A DNA stretch of 64,000 nt from Eledone cirrhosa (taxonomy: Eukaryota): the NCBI GenBank assembly GCA_964016885.1, contig OZ024741.1:291586001-291650000 (forward strand), read 5' to 3'. Below are positions 38,001 to 51,416 of the stretch, in pieces (position 1 is the stretch's first letter; the number at the start of each line of letters is the position of its first letter). The notes beneath the pieces are model-generated. The model was not told the DNA's origin. It saw only the letters and a program-made list of their open reading frames with translations, and did no database searches. Made by a program: the position numbers and the translations under genes.

Positions 38001-41000
38001 GTAAAGTAAGCCCGCTGGCCGTTTTCCCCTTTGGGGAAGTGGAAACCCGAATATCCGCCAAAAAGCTTCACCACTGCTGATATATCGACCTGCCATGTAC
38101 TCCGAGACCTCGTCCCTGCTATTGTCGTTTTGAACATATGTTAACATATTTACATATGTACTTTATCAACTTCACTGAATGACAGAACTCCACATTTATA
38201 TGAGCGTTGAAAGTTTTCATCAGAAATGGACAGTACGGGACCACCCACCTATTATCAACTTGATGACCCCGTAACGTCATAGTGAATCCACCGTTCTCAG
38301 GCCACATTCGTCTGTACAGTGGGTATCCGTCGCCGCGGGTCTGGGTCTCCTCAAAAAACCTCTTTGGATATCGTTCAGTGCACACATGGTCCTTGTGGCA
38401 TGAAGAGAACTCTTGAAAACCTGTACCCCACGGACCATGCAACATGTGTGCCTTCACAATGTCGTACAGCTGCCGGTCAACAACGGGGTCCAGTATTTCC
38501 GCTGCGATGACGTCATCTAGAACTGTAGGGTTTATTTTGGTGACCAACCAAACCAAAATGTGCGCGGTGGCAACCCTCTCTTCTGCCACTCAACAGTATA
38601 CACGTGACACCTAACAGACTCGAAAACCTTCCCTTTTTTTATTAGATCAATTAACTTAGCCAGCCTCTGCCTGAAAACCCTGGCAATAATATCATGCCGA
38701 TGGCAGTACTGCTGCCCTAGGATAAGTTCCCGCGTAACCTCAACCCACTTGGGGTTACACGTAAACGTGATGAATAAACCGGGGCGCCCATAATGCCGAA
38801 CGAACATCATAACGTCCTGTGTTCGCTCGTGCATGTACCGCCCCCCCCCAACACCCCCGTATAGGTTGAGGGGAGAATGCACATTTTGCCGATGTTCCGG
38901 GGGTCAGTGTCATTCCTGATGCCGTCACGCAAATGGATGTAGGAGTCTGAGGGCAGCTGCTTCTGATTCAATTTTATGAAGCACAGTCTCTCAGACTCCA
39001 TCTTTGCAGCCATGTCAACTGCAAACTGGTGAAACAGTTCCCGTGACCTGTGCAGGGTGCTGAAATCGTTAGACCTCGTCATGAAGCGGTATGTGTACAA
39101 AGCCATGCATGAAACAGTTTTAGATGTCGCAGCAGTGGGCTCGTTTGGTTTGCGCTGAGGAATACCGAAATGGTACCTGTCTTCTCCGTATGCCAAAAGA
39201 AGGGGATACTGCAGGGCGTCGTATGAACGATGCGTCTCATTAATACGTCGAAGACCACTGTCACGACTTTGAAGAACTATGTCTCGCTTATTGTGCTGTT
39301 CACCATGGATAACTACGGTCACTTCATTGCACGAAGGAGCGTGATAACGGCGTGCGTACTCCCCAGAAGGTCTTTTGTCACCATCGATGACAATGATGAA
39401 GTTTGGTGAAGGATTTGTTTCCAATGCGTTTTTGAAACTGCGAATATAACTGTTGCGGGCATGAAGCATGTTTTGAAGACCGAGCAGCACGTCCCTTTCC
39501 AAAGTGTCAGCGTCAGTGTTTGCAGGTGTTGGAATAACGCCGAACCGCGCATCAACTTGCCTACTGTAGTTAGAAATGAAGTAAATTTGAAGGAACGAAG
39601 GCTTGTAATTTTGTAGCGGCTGGAGCGACCCAATAAGATGGTACACCTGCTCCTGGACCTTGAAAGTAGGCATCCAACCACTTTCTCTGACAACGTTAGC
39701 CCCGAAAGAAGTCATTTGAAACGCACAATTGTACTTCCTGATGAGCTGAAGGAATTTGGATGACCTTGAGGTAGAACCAGTAAGTAGTTCCTTCAAAGGC
39801 TCTGGTGGTTCCCCAAGAGGGGGAAAGCTGACCTTACCGTTTAAGCAGCACATTGCAGGGGGCTCCCCAGCCCACTTTTTAGCATTGCAGAATTTGCAAT
39901 TGAAGCGCATTTCCCCTATATTTATGTCGGCACGCATCGAGTAGTTAACGTTGGGCTCATACTTGAAAGCCCGTAGGTACCAGTATGGGCTGTTGGGGCT
40001 CGTCACACTGCGGGCAGCTTCTTGTCGTTGACTGTTCCGCTCCAACGTAGAATGTTGTTCCTGTGGGTCGTGGGAAGCTCTCGCAGCAGTTGCAGAAGCC
40101 ACCCTTGCAATCCTAATGTAGCACCCGTCTGCATCTTCAGAAGCCATGGAAGCAGTCAGCCGCAGCGTTCCTAGCAAGGCGATTCGTCCGCCGTTCCAAA
40201 CCTTCCAAAGCCCTGGAAGCAGCAGTAGCCGCAGCGTTTCTAGTCAGTCGAGCCGCCCTTTGTTCCGGGCCCTCTGAGGCCCTGGAAGCAGCAGTAGCAG
40301 CAGCGTTTCTATTCAGGCAAGTCGACTTTTGTTCCGGGCCCTCTGAAGCCCTGGAAGTAGCAGTAGAAGCGTTTTTGGGGGGGAATGACGTATCGTCCGC
40401 TCTGAATCGCATATCTCAGCACGTCTCGAGGCGTCGTATGAAGCCATCTTGGCTAGGCGTGCGGTGCGTTGTTGAAAACTTTCAGCAGCTCTGCATTCCG
40501 CTGAACGTAAGGCGCTCCGTGAAAGTGTTAAAGCAGTTTCCTCGGGGACTCGTTTGCTGTAATCGCCCTCTGCGCCGCCGCTGACGCGGTATGTTGACCG
40601 AGGAGACTTCTCTTTTTAGGTGGCATTTTATGTGAAAAGAAAGGGTCAAAGTTACTTCTACAACAAAATTGCCTTTGAAAGTATAAGGTTGAAAACTGTC
40701 TGCGTTCCGCAGGGGGAAAAATGGGAGAACGAACGGCAAAATAAATAACTCACAGTTTGTTGAAAGCGCGCTTCTGTCAGCAATTTGAATAGTTTGACCA
40801 AAAATCCCTATGTGGTTTTTTTTTTCACTCAATAAACGTGTAAATATGTTATACACAAAATGTAATTGTGTGTGAGTTGAATGATACATGTTTAAAAAAA
40901 AGATTTTAAGCGTATATAAGAGATTGTTGAATAAATTTATCTGTTGCTTTTGAATAATTGTAGTTTGGCTCACTCCTTTATTTTTCTCTCTCTCTCTAAA

Positions 41001-41304
41001 GGAAATTAGTAAGGAGTGGGTAGGTTGCAGCATGTATTTTTTTTTTTCGATTTTTAAGGGGAGTTGGGGAGAGTAAATCAAAGGTATTAGAGTGTGTAAA
41101 GCGTCATGTATTTAGTTTATAGATTATTTCCGTAATTGTGGGTGAGTTTGAATGAAATAAATAGTCGTTGAACTAAGTTCAACCGTTTTCAATATTCTTA
41201 CAGACTTTGAGTCAAATTGGTTTGAAATTGTGCAAATGTATAAACATGGAACATGCACACACACACACACACAGACACAACAACAACAATCTGCCTTTTA
41301 TAGA
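35058..41304 (-). mobile_element. Helitron (RepHel), both termini present, ORF disrupted
   Basis: Rep motifs FITFTCNPKW, VEWQKRGLP, GYPLYRR, DNRWVVPY; PIF1-like QFPVRPCFAMSINKAQGQ; 5' A|TC at 41304 and 3' GC-rich segment plus CTAG|T at 35058-35061; no TSD. Confidence 0.92.
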
Positions 41305-41476
41305 TAATTGTTTCTACTTTAGGCACAAGGCCAGCAATTACCCAGTACATTACTGGTACTTTATTTTATCGACCCCGTAAGGATGAAAGGCAAAGTTAAC
41401 GTCGGCAGGATATGAACTCAGAATGGCAAGGGCCGTAACTCTATGCGCCAAAGCATGGCATCCGACACTCTACCAA
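41305..41476 (-). mobile_element. SINE family A
   Basis: consensus match. Confidence 0.85.
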
Positions 41477-41477
41477 A

Positions 41478-41522
<45 letters not shown>

Positions 41523-41553
41523 GATATATATATATGTAATGATATATATATAT

Positions 41554-41585
<32 letters not shown>

Positions 41586-41616
41586 ATGATATATATATAT
41601 ATAATGATATATATAT

Positions 41617-41653
<37 letters not shown>

Positions 41654-41661
<8 letters not shown>

Positions 41662-43769
41662 ATACTTTGGGAGGGTCATGTTGCCAATAAGAAACACACG
41701 CACCAGTTGCTTTCACTTCAATTTAATTTAATATATATTTATAAATTTACAAATTTATAAATTTCTGGTTGGTTGGTTGGTTCCACAACCAGATAGTTGT
41801 TTATATATATATAGTCATAGTTCTTTCGTCACACACTCTGTGACCTCTTCAGTGACTGGGGATTTCTTTCTTCGTTTCTGTGCCTTTCCTTTCTTCTATC
41901 CTACGCCATTTTGTTTGTGTGTGGGTTGCGTGCTCAGTTTGCGCATGCGCCACATCCGGGTGTCTGTGTGTGTTTGTGTTCATTTTTTCTATTTTTCTAT
42001 TTATATTTGTTTGTTTATTTATTTATTTATTGTTGGTTGGTTGTTTGTTCTATGTGTGTGTGTGTTTTCATTTTGTCTTGTGTGTGTTTTCATTTTGTGT
42101 GTGTTTTCAATTGTAAGTTGTTTGTTCTATGTGTGTGTGTGTTTTCATTTTGTCCTTAATTGTAAGTTGTGATGTTGCTGTTCCACTCATATTTTCTATT
42201 TAATTTTGGTTTTAATTCTTTTATGCTTACTGCCTCTGTAATTTGCCTAAACATTGCGTCTTTCTTGTGTGTGGATTCTATTTTTATTTCTATGCTCTCT
42301 AATTTACCCCTGTGTTCTATCTTAGCATGTTGGTAGAGCACAGATGATTCTTTACTATCTTGGAGGTCTCGCCAGTGTTCATTTATTCGTTCCCCTATAC
42401 TACGAGCTGTCTCACCTATGTACACTATATTTTTGTTTCTACATTGTCCTTCAGTACATCTTATGCTATATACTACATTTCTAGTTTTACAGTTAATATG
42501 GGGGCTTATTTTACAGGTTATACATTTCTTATCTATACATGAGGGTCTTTGGAACGGGTATATCTTGCTAATAAGTGTTTTTACGGAGGTACCAGGTCTT
42601 TCTACTATCTTAATATTGAGATTATGTTTCTTTAGGGCCCTTCTAAATTTGTAGGCTAGTAGGCTAGTTCGCCTCTAGGGGTTGTATTGATACAACCCCT
42701 AGAGGCGAACTAGCCTACAAATTTAGAAGGGCCCTAAAGAAACATAATCTCAATATTAAGATAGTAGAAAGACCTGGTACCTCCGTAAAAACACTTATTA
42801 GCAAGATATACCCGTTCCAAAGACCCTCATGTATAGATAAGAAATGTATAACCTGTAAAATAAGCCCCCATATTAACTGTAAAACTAGAAATGTAGTATA
42901 TAGCATAAGATGTACTGAAGGACAATGTAGAAACAAAAATATAGTGTACATAGGTGAGACAGCTCGTAGTATAGGGGAACGAATAAATGAACACTGGCGA
43001 GACCTCCAAGATAGTAAAGAATCATCTGTGCTCTACCAACATGCTAAGATAGAACACAGGGGTAAATTAGAGGGCATAGAAATAAAAATAGAATCCACAC
43101 ACAAGAAAGACGCAATGTTTAGGCAAATTACAGAGGCAGTAAGCATAAAAGAATTAAAACCAAAATTAAATAGAAAATATGAGTGGAACAGCAACATCAC
43201 AACTTACAATTAAGGACAAAATGAAAACACACACACACATAGAACAAACAACTTACAATTGAAAACACACACAAAATGAAAACACACACAAGACAAAATG
43301 AAAACACACACACACATAGAACAAACAACCAACCAACAATAAATAAATAAATAAACAAACAAATATAAATAGAAAAATAGAAAAAATGAACACAAACACA
43401 CACAGACACCCGGATGTGGCGCATGCGCAAACTGAGCACGCAACCCACACACAAACAAAATGGCGTAGGATAGAAGAAAGGAAAGGCACAGAAACGAAGA
43501 AAGAAATCCCCAGTCACTGAAGAGGTCACAGAGTGTGTGACGAAAGAACTATGACTATATATATATAAACAACTATCTGGTTGTGGAACCAACCAACCAA
43601 CCAGAAATTTATAAATTTGTAAATTTATAAATATATATTAAATTAAATTGAAGTGAAAGCAACTGGTGCGTGTGTTTCTTATTGGCAACATGACCCTCCC
43701 AAAGTATAACAATATCGGTTTCAACACACGATTTCAGATAAAGAATCTTGCTAAACAAATTCAGAAACG

Positions 43770-43775
<6 letters not shown>
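41654..43775. mobile_element. Inverted pair of 5'-truncated PLE copies forming a 2.06-kb palindrome (GIY-YIG plus pLTR)
   Basis: YIGETARSIGERINEH..RQITEAVSIKELKPKLN on both strands; centre at 42688-42689; hammerheads at 43512-43556 (+) and 41813-41857 (-): agtca-CTGAAGA-g-gtcaca gagtg tgtgac-GAAA-gaac-TA-tgact. Confidence 0.92.
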
Positions 43776-43802
<27 letters not shown>

Positions 43803-43819
43803 GTTATATATATATATAT

Positions 43820-44002
43820 AATTGTTTCTACTTTAGGCACAAGGCCAGCAATTAACCAGTGCATTACTGGTACTTTATTTTATCGACCCCGTAAAGATCA
43901 AAGGCAAAGTCAACCTCGGCGGGATTTGAACTCAGATCGTAAAGGGACGTAACTATGCTGGAAAGCATGGCGTCCGACTCTCTACCGATACTGCCAATCC
44001 AC
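43820..44002 (-). mobile_element. SINE family A
   Basis: consensus match. Confidence 0.85.
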
Positions 44003-44006
44003 TATG

Positions 44007-44209
<203 letters not shown>

Positions 44210-44251
44210 ATATATATATATATATTATATATATATATATATATTATATAT

Positions 44252-44293
<42 letters not shown>

Positions 44294-44534
44294 GAAGGCT
44301 TGTGGCTGAGTGGTTAGAGAATTGGATTCACAATCTTGAGATTGTGAGTTCGATTCCTGGACCGGGCGATGCGTTATGTCCTTGAGCAAGACACTTTATT
44401 TCACGTTGCTCCTTCTACCTGGAGTTGCGACCGATAGATAGACCGATAGATAGTATTAGCAACTGGAAAGACCGACGAAAACATTGTTTCCTCGGTCCGA
44501 TTTGACGAAAGTCGATCGATGGGAATATATATAT

Positions 44535-44566
<32 letters not shown>

Positions 44567-44577
44567 ATATATATTAT

Positions 44578-44613
<36 letters not shown>

Positions 44614-44614
44614 A

Positions 44615-46905
44615 GGCATCTGACATTCAACAACAGCACAAGTCTGATATTTGGAGTATCAACAATGGGTGTAGACCAGGTTCCACATCGACACCCATTA
44701 CTGGCACCTCAAATAACACACCAGTGCTGCTGTTGAATGTCAGGGGCATGGTGAAACGCACTAACATGAGTAAAATTCCCCACCTGAGAGACTTAGCCAT
44801 AATAAATCAAGCAATATGCATGGCACTAACCGAAACTCTCCTGACAAGCAGTATAGCAATTGCGGAAATACATATACCGAAATATATTCTATTTCGTTCA
44901 GATAGGAAGGAGAGAACTGATAGTGAGGTTGCCCTGTACATCCGAGAAGATGTCACGCCCATTGTACTGTTGACACATTCAAACTCAGTCTGTGAGACAC
45001 CGAAAGTACATATGAAGCAACTGAAAATGGTAATATGTATCACATATCGGCCATCCTACGCCCCTAATCATGAAGGTAGGTTTGAGGATAGCCTCAGAAG
45101 TATAGAAGAAGTCCTTGATAACTTGGACCAATATCTCTCAATATTCTGCTGCTGGGAGATTTTAACCTACCAAAGGTCAAATGGCCTGAAGTTCTCCTCC
45201 ATCCCTGGAATGACATCACTCGAACAGAGACAGACGGTGTCCCTGCAAGCCCTCACACACAGGCTGTTCATGGAACAAGCAATCCCCTCCCAGCAAGAGG
45301 CAAAAATATCCTAGATCACTGCTTTACAAATAACACAGTGCTCATCCACAATGTAAAGGTGACACTACGATTTTCTCGGATCATAACTTAGTAGAACTAA
45401 TGATATGTGGTCTGAGAAAGTCAACAGAGACGCAACCATTAAGAAGCATCGGGAACTGATCAGCCTAAACTTTCACAAGGCTAACTGGAAAAAGATCAAG
45501 AAAGAGATCCGGAAGCAAAACTGGATCAACAACATCACCAACACACATTTTCAACATTTCATGACAACAATACAAACTATATGCCACAGGTTTGTCCCGG
45601 AGAAAAAGGCCAATGGACACCAAAATCTTATTCCCGGTGACAGGAAAATCCTTATGAGACGAAGAACTAAGCTTTCAAACCAATTGAATGCACAATAGAA
45701 AAACAAGAAGGAACCCTATCTGAAAGAGGCACTACTTGAGATTGGAACTGCACTCAAATTTTCGCACGAGAAGGAGAGGGCATAGAGAGAAGCCAGCGCC
45801 ATAGAAAATATTAAAACAAAACCCAAGGCCTCCTTTAAATTTGCAAAGGAAACAGCCTCAGCACACTGCAAGATTTGGCCAAGAAATTAGAACAAAAAAA
45901 GCTCCTATACCCAATGGAATCCCAGCAGTCCTAAAATCATGTAAGCGTGACTTAGCAAGACCACTGAAGATCCTCTTCAGAAGTTCCTTGGCTAGCGGTA
46001 TACTACCCAGAGAGCTAAAAGAAGCCACAATATGCCCTATCCATAAAGGAGGAAATAGAACGGAGGCCCAAAACTACAGGCCAGTCTCCCTGACGTCACA
46101 TATCAGTAAGGTGATGGAACGAATCATCAGCAAGAAACTGATCATGTTCCTCGAGGAAAATAACCGCCTAACTAACACGCAGCATGGCTTTCACCTAGAA
46201 AGAAGCTGCCTTACACAGCTGTTACAAGACTAAGACTGGGTACTGAAGCAACTAATGGACAGCTCACATGTGGTCGTGATATGTCTTGAATTTGTGAAGG
46301 CTTTTGACAAGGTTGACTACGGGATGATATGTCACAAACTACAGACTCGGCATAACTGCAAATGTAGGTGAGTGGCTGCCGGATTTCTTAAAAGACAGAA
46401 GCCAAACATTTGCAGCCAATGGGGCGCCTCTCAAAGTAAACATCATAACAAGTGGGCTGCCCAGGGTACATGCTTGGGACCAATACTGTTTTTGGTGGCT
46501 CACTCAGACATGCCCTCTGTAATACATAAAACATCCCTCGCTAGCTATGGTGATGACACAAAGGTAGCAAAGACAATTAAAAACCCAGATGATGCTGCAC
46601 TTTTACAAGATCTGAATGCCTGAGGACAACATGCAGTTTAATCCAGGAAAATTTCAAGCCCTACAATACCAACCTGCTAACACAAAGACAGTAAAACACA
46701 GCTATACCGGACCAGGAGGGATCGAAATCCCCGTGTCGAAATCGATACGAAACTTGGGGATCGACATGAGCGACGATGTATTTTTTTCTTCACACATCAT
46801 GAGGGTGGCGACAATGTGTAGACGACTCGCTTGCTGGATCTCGAGGAATCTCGAAACAAGAGACTGAGAGACAATGCTGATACTATGGAGGACATTTGTT
46901 ACGTT
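44615..46905 (+). mobile_element. CR1/Jockey-group LINE (APE plus RT), degenerate
   Basis: APE: LLNVRG..LTET..FRSDR..VALYIRE..ITYRP; RT: NYRPVSLTSHISKVMERII, QHGF..RSCLTQL, QGTCLGPILF, YGDDTK; many frameshifts. Confidence 0.88.
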
Positions 46906-47132
46906 GATGTAAGATTTTAAAATTAAATTGTATAGAATACCAACCACAAGTGAAGTCATTCCTTTCCTTTTTTCAAATATATATATACATATATATGGAG
47001 TGGGTAAGATGAATACCAGCGATTCAGTTCGGATCTAGCTGTTGAAACGGCAGGAGGTCATCCGTCGTGGTCCCAAATTCCTTTTCATATATATCCATTT
47101 TTTTTTCATTGTGCCACTATAACCTTACCTTA

Positions 47133-47168
<36 letters not shown>

Positions 47169-47188
47169 TGTGTGTATATATATGTATA

Positions 47189-47441
<253 letters not shown>

Positions 47442-47626
47442 TAAACATATATATATATTAAACTTTATGTAAAGTCATGATATCATCACACGATTTCATA
47501 CAGCGGGATCTATGTATGTCTAATATACATAAACATATTGTTTAGGCGTTCAAATACACCATTATTCTAAAACACACACTTAGTGTTATCCCTAGCCTTT
47601 TTTTATTTCATTTTTTTTTTCTACAG

Positions 47627-47839
47627 GCTTTTATGGTTGAAATTTGGTTTGACAGATTAACAGAAGATTATATTCCATTGCGTGAGATGAACATAAACAT
47701 CACCAATTTAGCCTATTATGTTGCGAAAGGCGAACAAATCACCGCCAGTAATGCTCTTGTAGGTAACGACATTAAACGTAAGGAACTCATGGATTTGGCA
47801 ATTTTACGATTTCCTGATATCACAAATCCTTACTTAACT
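47627..47839 (+). CDS. Copy B exon 4
   Basis: Long pyrimidine tract plus ctacag, gtaagt donor, 213 nt, phase 0: AFMVEIWFDRLTEDYIPLREMNINITNLAYYVAKGEQITASNALVGNDIKRKELMDLAILRFPDITNPYLT; no paralog in window to confirm. Confidence 0.72.
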
Positions 47840-48059
47840 GTAAGTATGCTTTCATATATAGAAAGTTTATATACTAATTTCTAAGATGGGCATAAAGGGT
47901 AGAAAAATGTCATGTTGTGATGTTCATGTGTTTCTCAATAATATTAGTGGTATTTTTCCATCATATTTTCCAGTCACTGCTGACAATGTTCAGCACAAAA
48001 TAGTTCTCTCTAACAAAGCCGATCTCATCGACGAAGTACTTAGCGGCTTCAGTATTTTA

Positions 48060-48246
48060 CGGTGGATTGGCAGTATCGGTAGAGAGTCGGACACCATGCT
48101 TTGAAGCATAGAGTTACGTCCCTTTATGATCTGAGTTCAAACCCCGCCGAGGTTAACTTTGCCTTTCATCCTTACGGGGTTGATAAAATAAAGTACCAGT
48201 AATGTACTGGGTTATTGATGACCTTGTGCCTAAAATAGAAACAATT
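48060..48246 (+). mobile_element. SINE family A
   Basis: consensus match. Confidence 0.85.
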
Positions 48247-48794
48247 TTTTTATCAAGCCCAAAAGTTAAATAGCAAAGTTGACGTTGGCGGCATTTGAAA
48301 TCAGACCACAAACAGCATTGAAAGAATACTGCAAAACATTTTATTTTCCGCTTTAGTGACCACACCAATCCACCGTTTAAAATGATTTCTAATTTTGGCG
48401 CAGAGTTAGAAATTAAGAAAAAGGGGAAATGGATTATATCGACTGGTATATTATTTTATCAATCATTTATCGATCACTTTATTAGGTCATAAATCAATGT
48501 AAACTCACGTATACACATAAATACAGACATACACACACATACATGTGCACATACAAATATATGTATAAATGTGTGTGTGTGTGCGTGTGTGTATGTATGT
48601 ATGTATGTATGTATGTATGTATGTATGTATGTATGTGTGTGGTTCTTTATGTGCGCATGTAGTTGATGGGCGAGAGAAAAGAGTAATCAATACCGTAATA
48701 TCTCTTTATCATGGTTAATAATGGGTCTTGTCAATCTAATGTATCACCTGCACCATTTACAGATTCGTCGTATATATATATAAATATATAACAA

Positions 48795-48833
<39 letters not shown>

Positions 48834-49049
48834 AAAGGTAAACAGAAATAACAACACAATCGATACAGTATATGGAAGGTATATATTAGGTTAACGCTTC
48901 ATATAGCAGGAAGAGGGTCTTAACGTTTCGATCGCTCGTCCTTCATTAGAAGAAAGAATGAGAAATAAAATTGAATAAGGGGACGGGCGTAATGGAATTG
49001 GAAAAAATGTCTTCAGATAAAAATAACAGGTCCATTCATGTTGACATCT

Positions 49050-49123
<74 letters not shown>

Positions 49124-49281
49124 GTGTGTGTGTGTGCGTGTGTGTGTGTGCGTGTGTGTGTGTGTATATATATATATAGTACTCGATTCTTTGGGTAGTA
49201 GCGGAAGGGTATATTTTAAAGAGTCAGAGCCCGATGGCTGACTTCTTGCCGTTTCAACAGCTAGATGTACCTCCCTCTCTC

Positions 49282-49344
<63 letters not shown>

Positions 49345-49467
49345 GTATATATATATATATATATTTGCTCTATAGTTTTGTATATTTTGATATACGTATG
49401 CTTACCCTTATCGAGCCCTCGGCGGAGTTTAGTCTTCACATTTAATATTATTATTTTGGTGGATATC

Positions 49468-49773
49468 TGAGTTCAATTCCCGCCAAGGTTGACTTTGCCT
49501 TTCATCCTTACGGGGTCGATAAAATAAAAGTACCAGTAATGCACTGGGTAATTGCTGGCCTTGTGCTAACGTAGAAACAATTATTTTGGTGGATTTGCAG
49601 TATCGGTAGAGGGTCGGACGCCATGATTTGAAGCATAGAGTTACCTCCCTTTATGATCTGAGTTCAAATCCCGCCGACGTTACCTTTGCCTTTCATCCTT
49701 ACAGGGCCGGTAAAATAATGTACCAGTAATGCACTGTTATAATTGTTGGCTTTGTACCTAAAGTAGAAACAAT
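49468..49773 (+). mobile_element. Two tandem SINE family A copies
   Basis: consensus match. Confidence 0.85.
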
Positions 49774-49797
49774 TATTATTGTTATTAATATTAATGT

Positions 49798-49856
<59 letters not shown>

Positions 49857-50077
49857 TAGATAATTAAGTTAAAGTGTACATCTATATATGTATACGGAAG
49901 TATTAGTATGCATATAAATACACATATGTATACATATGTACATGTACCGAGCTTTTCACTAGACACTTTACAGTGAGTGTCCAGCTAGTCTGTATGTAAA
50001 CAGACGAACCGGGTTTTAGAGTCATACGAGTTTTCAAGGAAACACATTTCCTCTATTCTCCAGAGAGCCAGACAGGA

Positions 50078-50120
50078 ATATTGGACTAGTTTCGATGTTA
50101 TTACATCTCATCAGCAATAT
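50078..50120 (-). ncRNA. Minimal type I hammerhead ribozyme
   Basis: Reverse complement identical to 50399-50441. Confidence 0.85.
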
Positions 50121-50398
50121 ATACCTATCTTTCCGGCTTCTCTGGAGAATTGTAAAAGCACATATCGTTATATGCTTTTTCTATGAAAATCAGTAGTGGG
50201 CAGACTAATTTGCATAGAACGTGAGTCATTGTACGCACCGGTTCAGCGGAAACGATAAAAACGAATAACGAAACGAAATTAAATTTCGTTTCGCTTCTAA
50301 CTCACTTTTGTATGACTGACGCTTAAACAATTAAGTTAAAGTGTACATCTATATATGTATACGGAAGTATTAGTATGCATATAAATACACATATGTAT

Positions 50399-50441
50399 AT
50401 ATTGCTGATGAGATGTAATAACATCGAAACTAGTCCAATAT
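50399..50441 (+). ncRNA. Minimal type I hammerhead ribozyme
   Basis: atattg-CTGATGA-gatgt aata acatc-GAAA-ctag-TC-caatat; canonical core, palindromic stem III ACTAGT, GUC site. Confidence 0.88.
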
Positions 50442-50865
50442 TCCTGTCTGGCTCTCTGGAGAATAGAGGAAATGTGTTTCCTTGAAAACTCGTATGACTC
50501 TAAAACCCGGTTCGTCTGTTTACATACAGACTAGCTGGACACTCACTGTAAAGTGTCTAGTGAAAAGCTCGGTACATGTACATATGTATACATATGTGTA
50601 TTTATATGCATACTAATACTTCCGTATACATATATAGATGTACACTTTAACTTAATTGTTTAAGCGTCAGTCATACAAAAGTGAGTTAGAAGCGAAACGA
50701 AATTTAATTTCGTTTCGTTATTCGTTTTTATCGTTTCCGCTGAACCGGTGCGTACAATGACTCACGTTCTATGCAAATTAGTCTGCCTACTACTGATTTT
50801 CATAGAAAAAGCATATAACGATATGTGCTTTTACAATTCTCCAGAGAAGCCGGAAAGATAGGTAT

Positions 50866-50908
50866 ATATTGCTGATGAGATGTAATAACATCGAAACTAG
50901 TCCAATAT
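50866..50908 (+). ncRNA. Minimal type I hammerhead ribozyme
   Basis: Identical copy; stem I extends through tctccagaga..agcc..agatagg / cctgtct ggct ctctggaga. Confidence 0.88.
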
Positions 50909-51291
50909 TCCTGTCTGGCTCTCTGGAGAATAGAGGAAATGTGTTTCCTTGAAAACTCGTATGACTCTAAAACCCGGTTCGTCTGTTTACATACAGACTA
51001 GCTGGACACTCACTGTAAAGTGTCTAGTGAAAAGCTCGGTACATGTACATATGTATACATATGTGTATTTATATGCATACTAATACTTCCGTATACATAT
51101 ATAGATGTACACTTTAACTTAATTGTTTAAGCGTCAGTCATACAAAAGTGAGTTAGAAGCGAAACGAAATTTAATTTCGTTTCGTTATTCGTTTTTATAG
51201 ATAGATAGATATAGATATAGATATATAGATATATATATATAGAGATATAGAGATATATATGAGTTCTGCCGTCGGGTACTTGAAGATTTTC

Positions 51292-51351
<60 letters not shown>

Positions 51352-51416
51352 GACGGACTTCCGAAAATTTCCGTCTGCAAAGTTCATACATTTATTTATT
51401 CTGTTTTATATTTTAG

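Larger units (their letters stand above)
49862..51195. mobile_element. Retrozyme-like array of a 467-nt non-coding unit: ~1.15 units on minus, then ~1.7 units on plus
   Basis: Period 467 (49862/50329 and 50405/50872); one hammerhead per unit; flanked by TA-rich tracts; no ORF in the track. Confidence 0.85.

Noticed and set aside
40482-41081. 199-aa ORF as a gene captured by the Helitron
   Set aside because: No motifs, compositionally heterogeneous, lies in the Helitron 5' non-coding region
48915-48955. Further hammerhead remnants (48915 CTAATGA; 31020; 47020; 55520; 62030-62110)
   Set aside because: Core or stem I too damaged to call by eye
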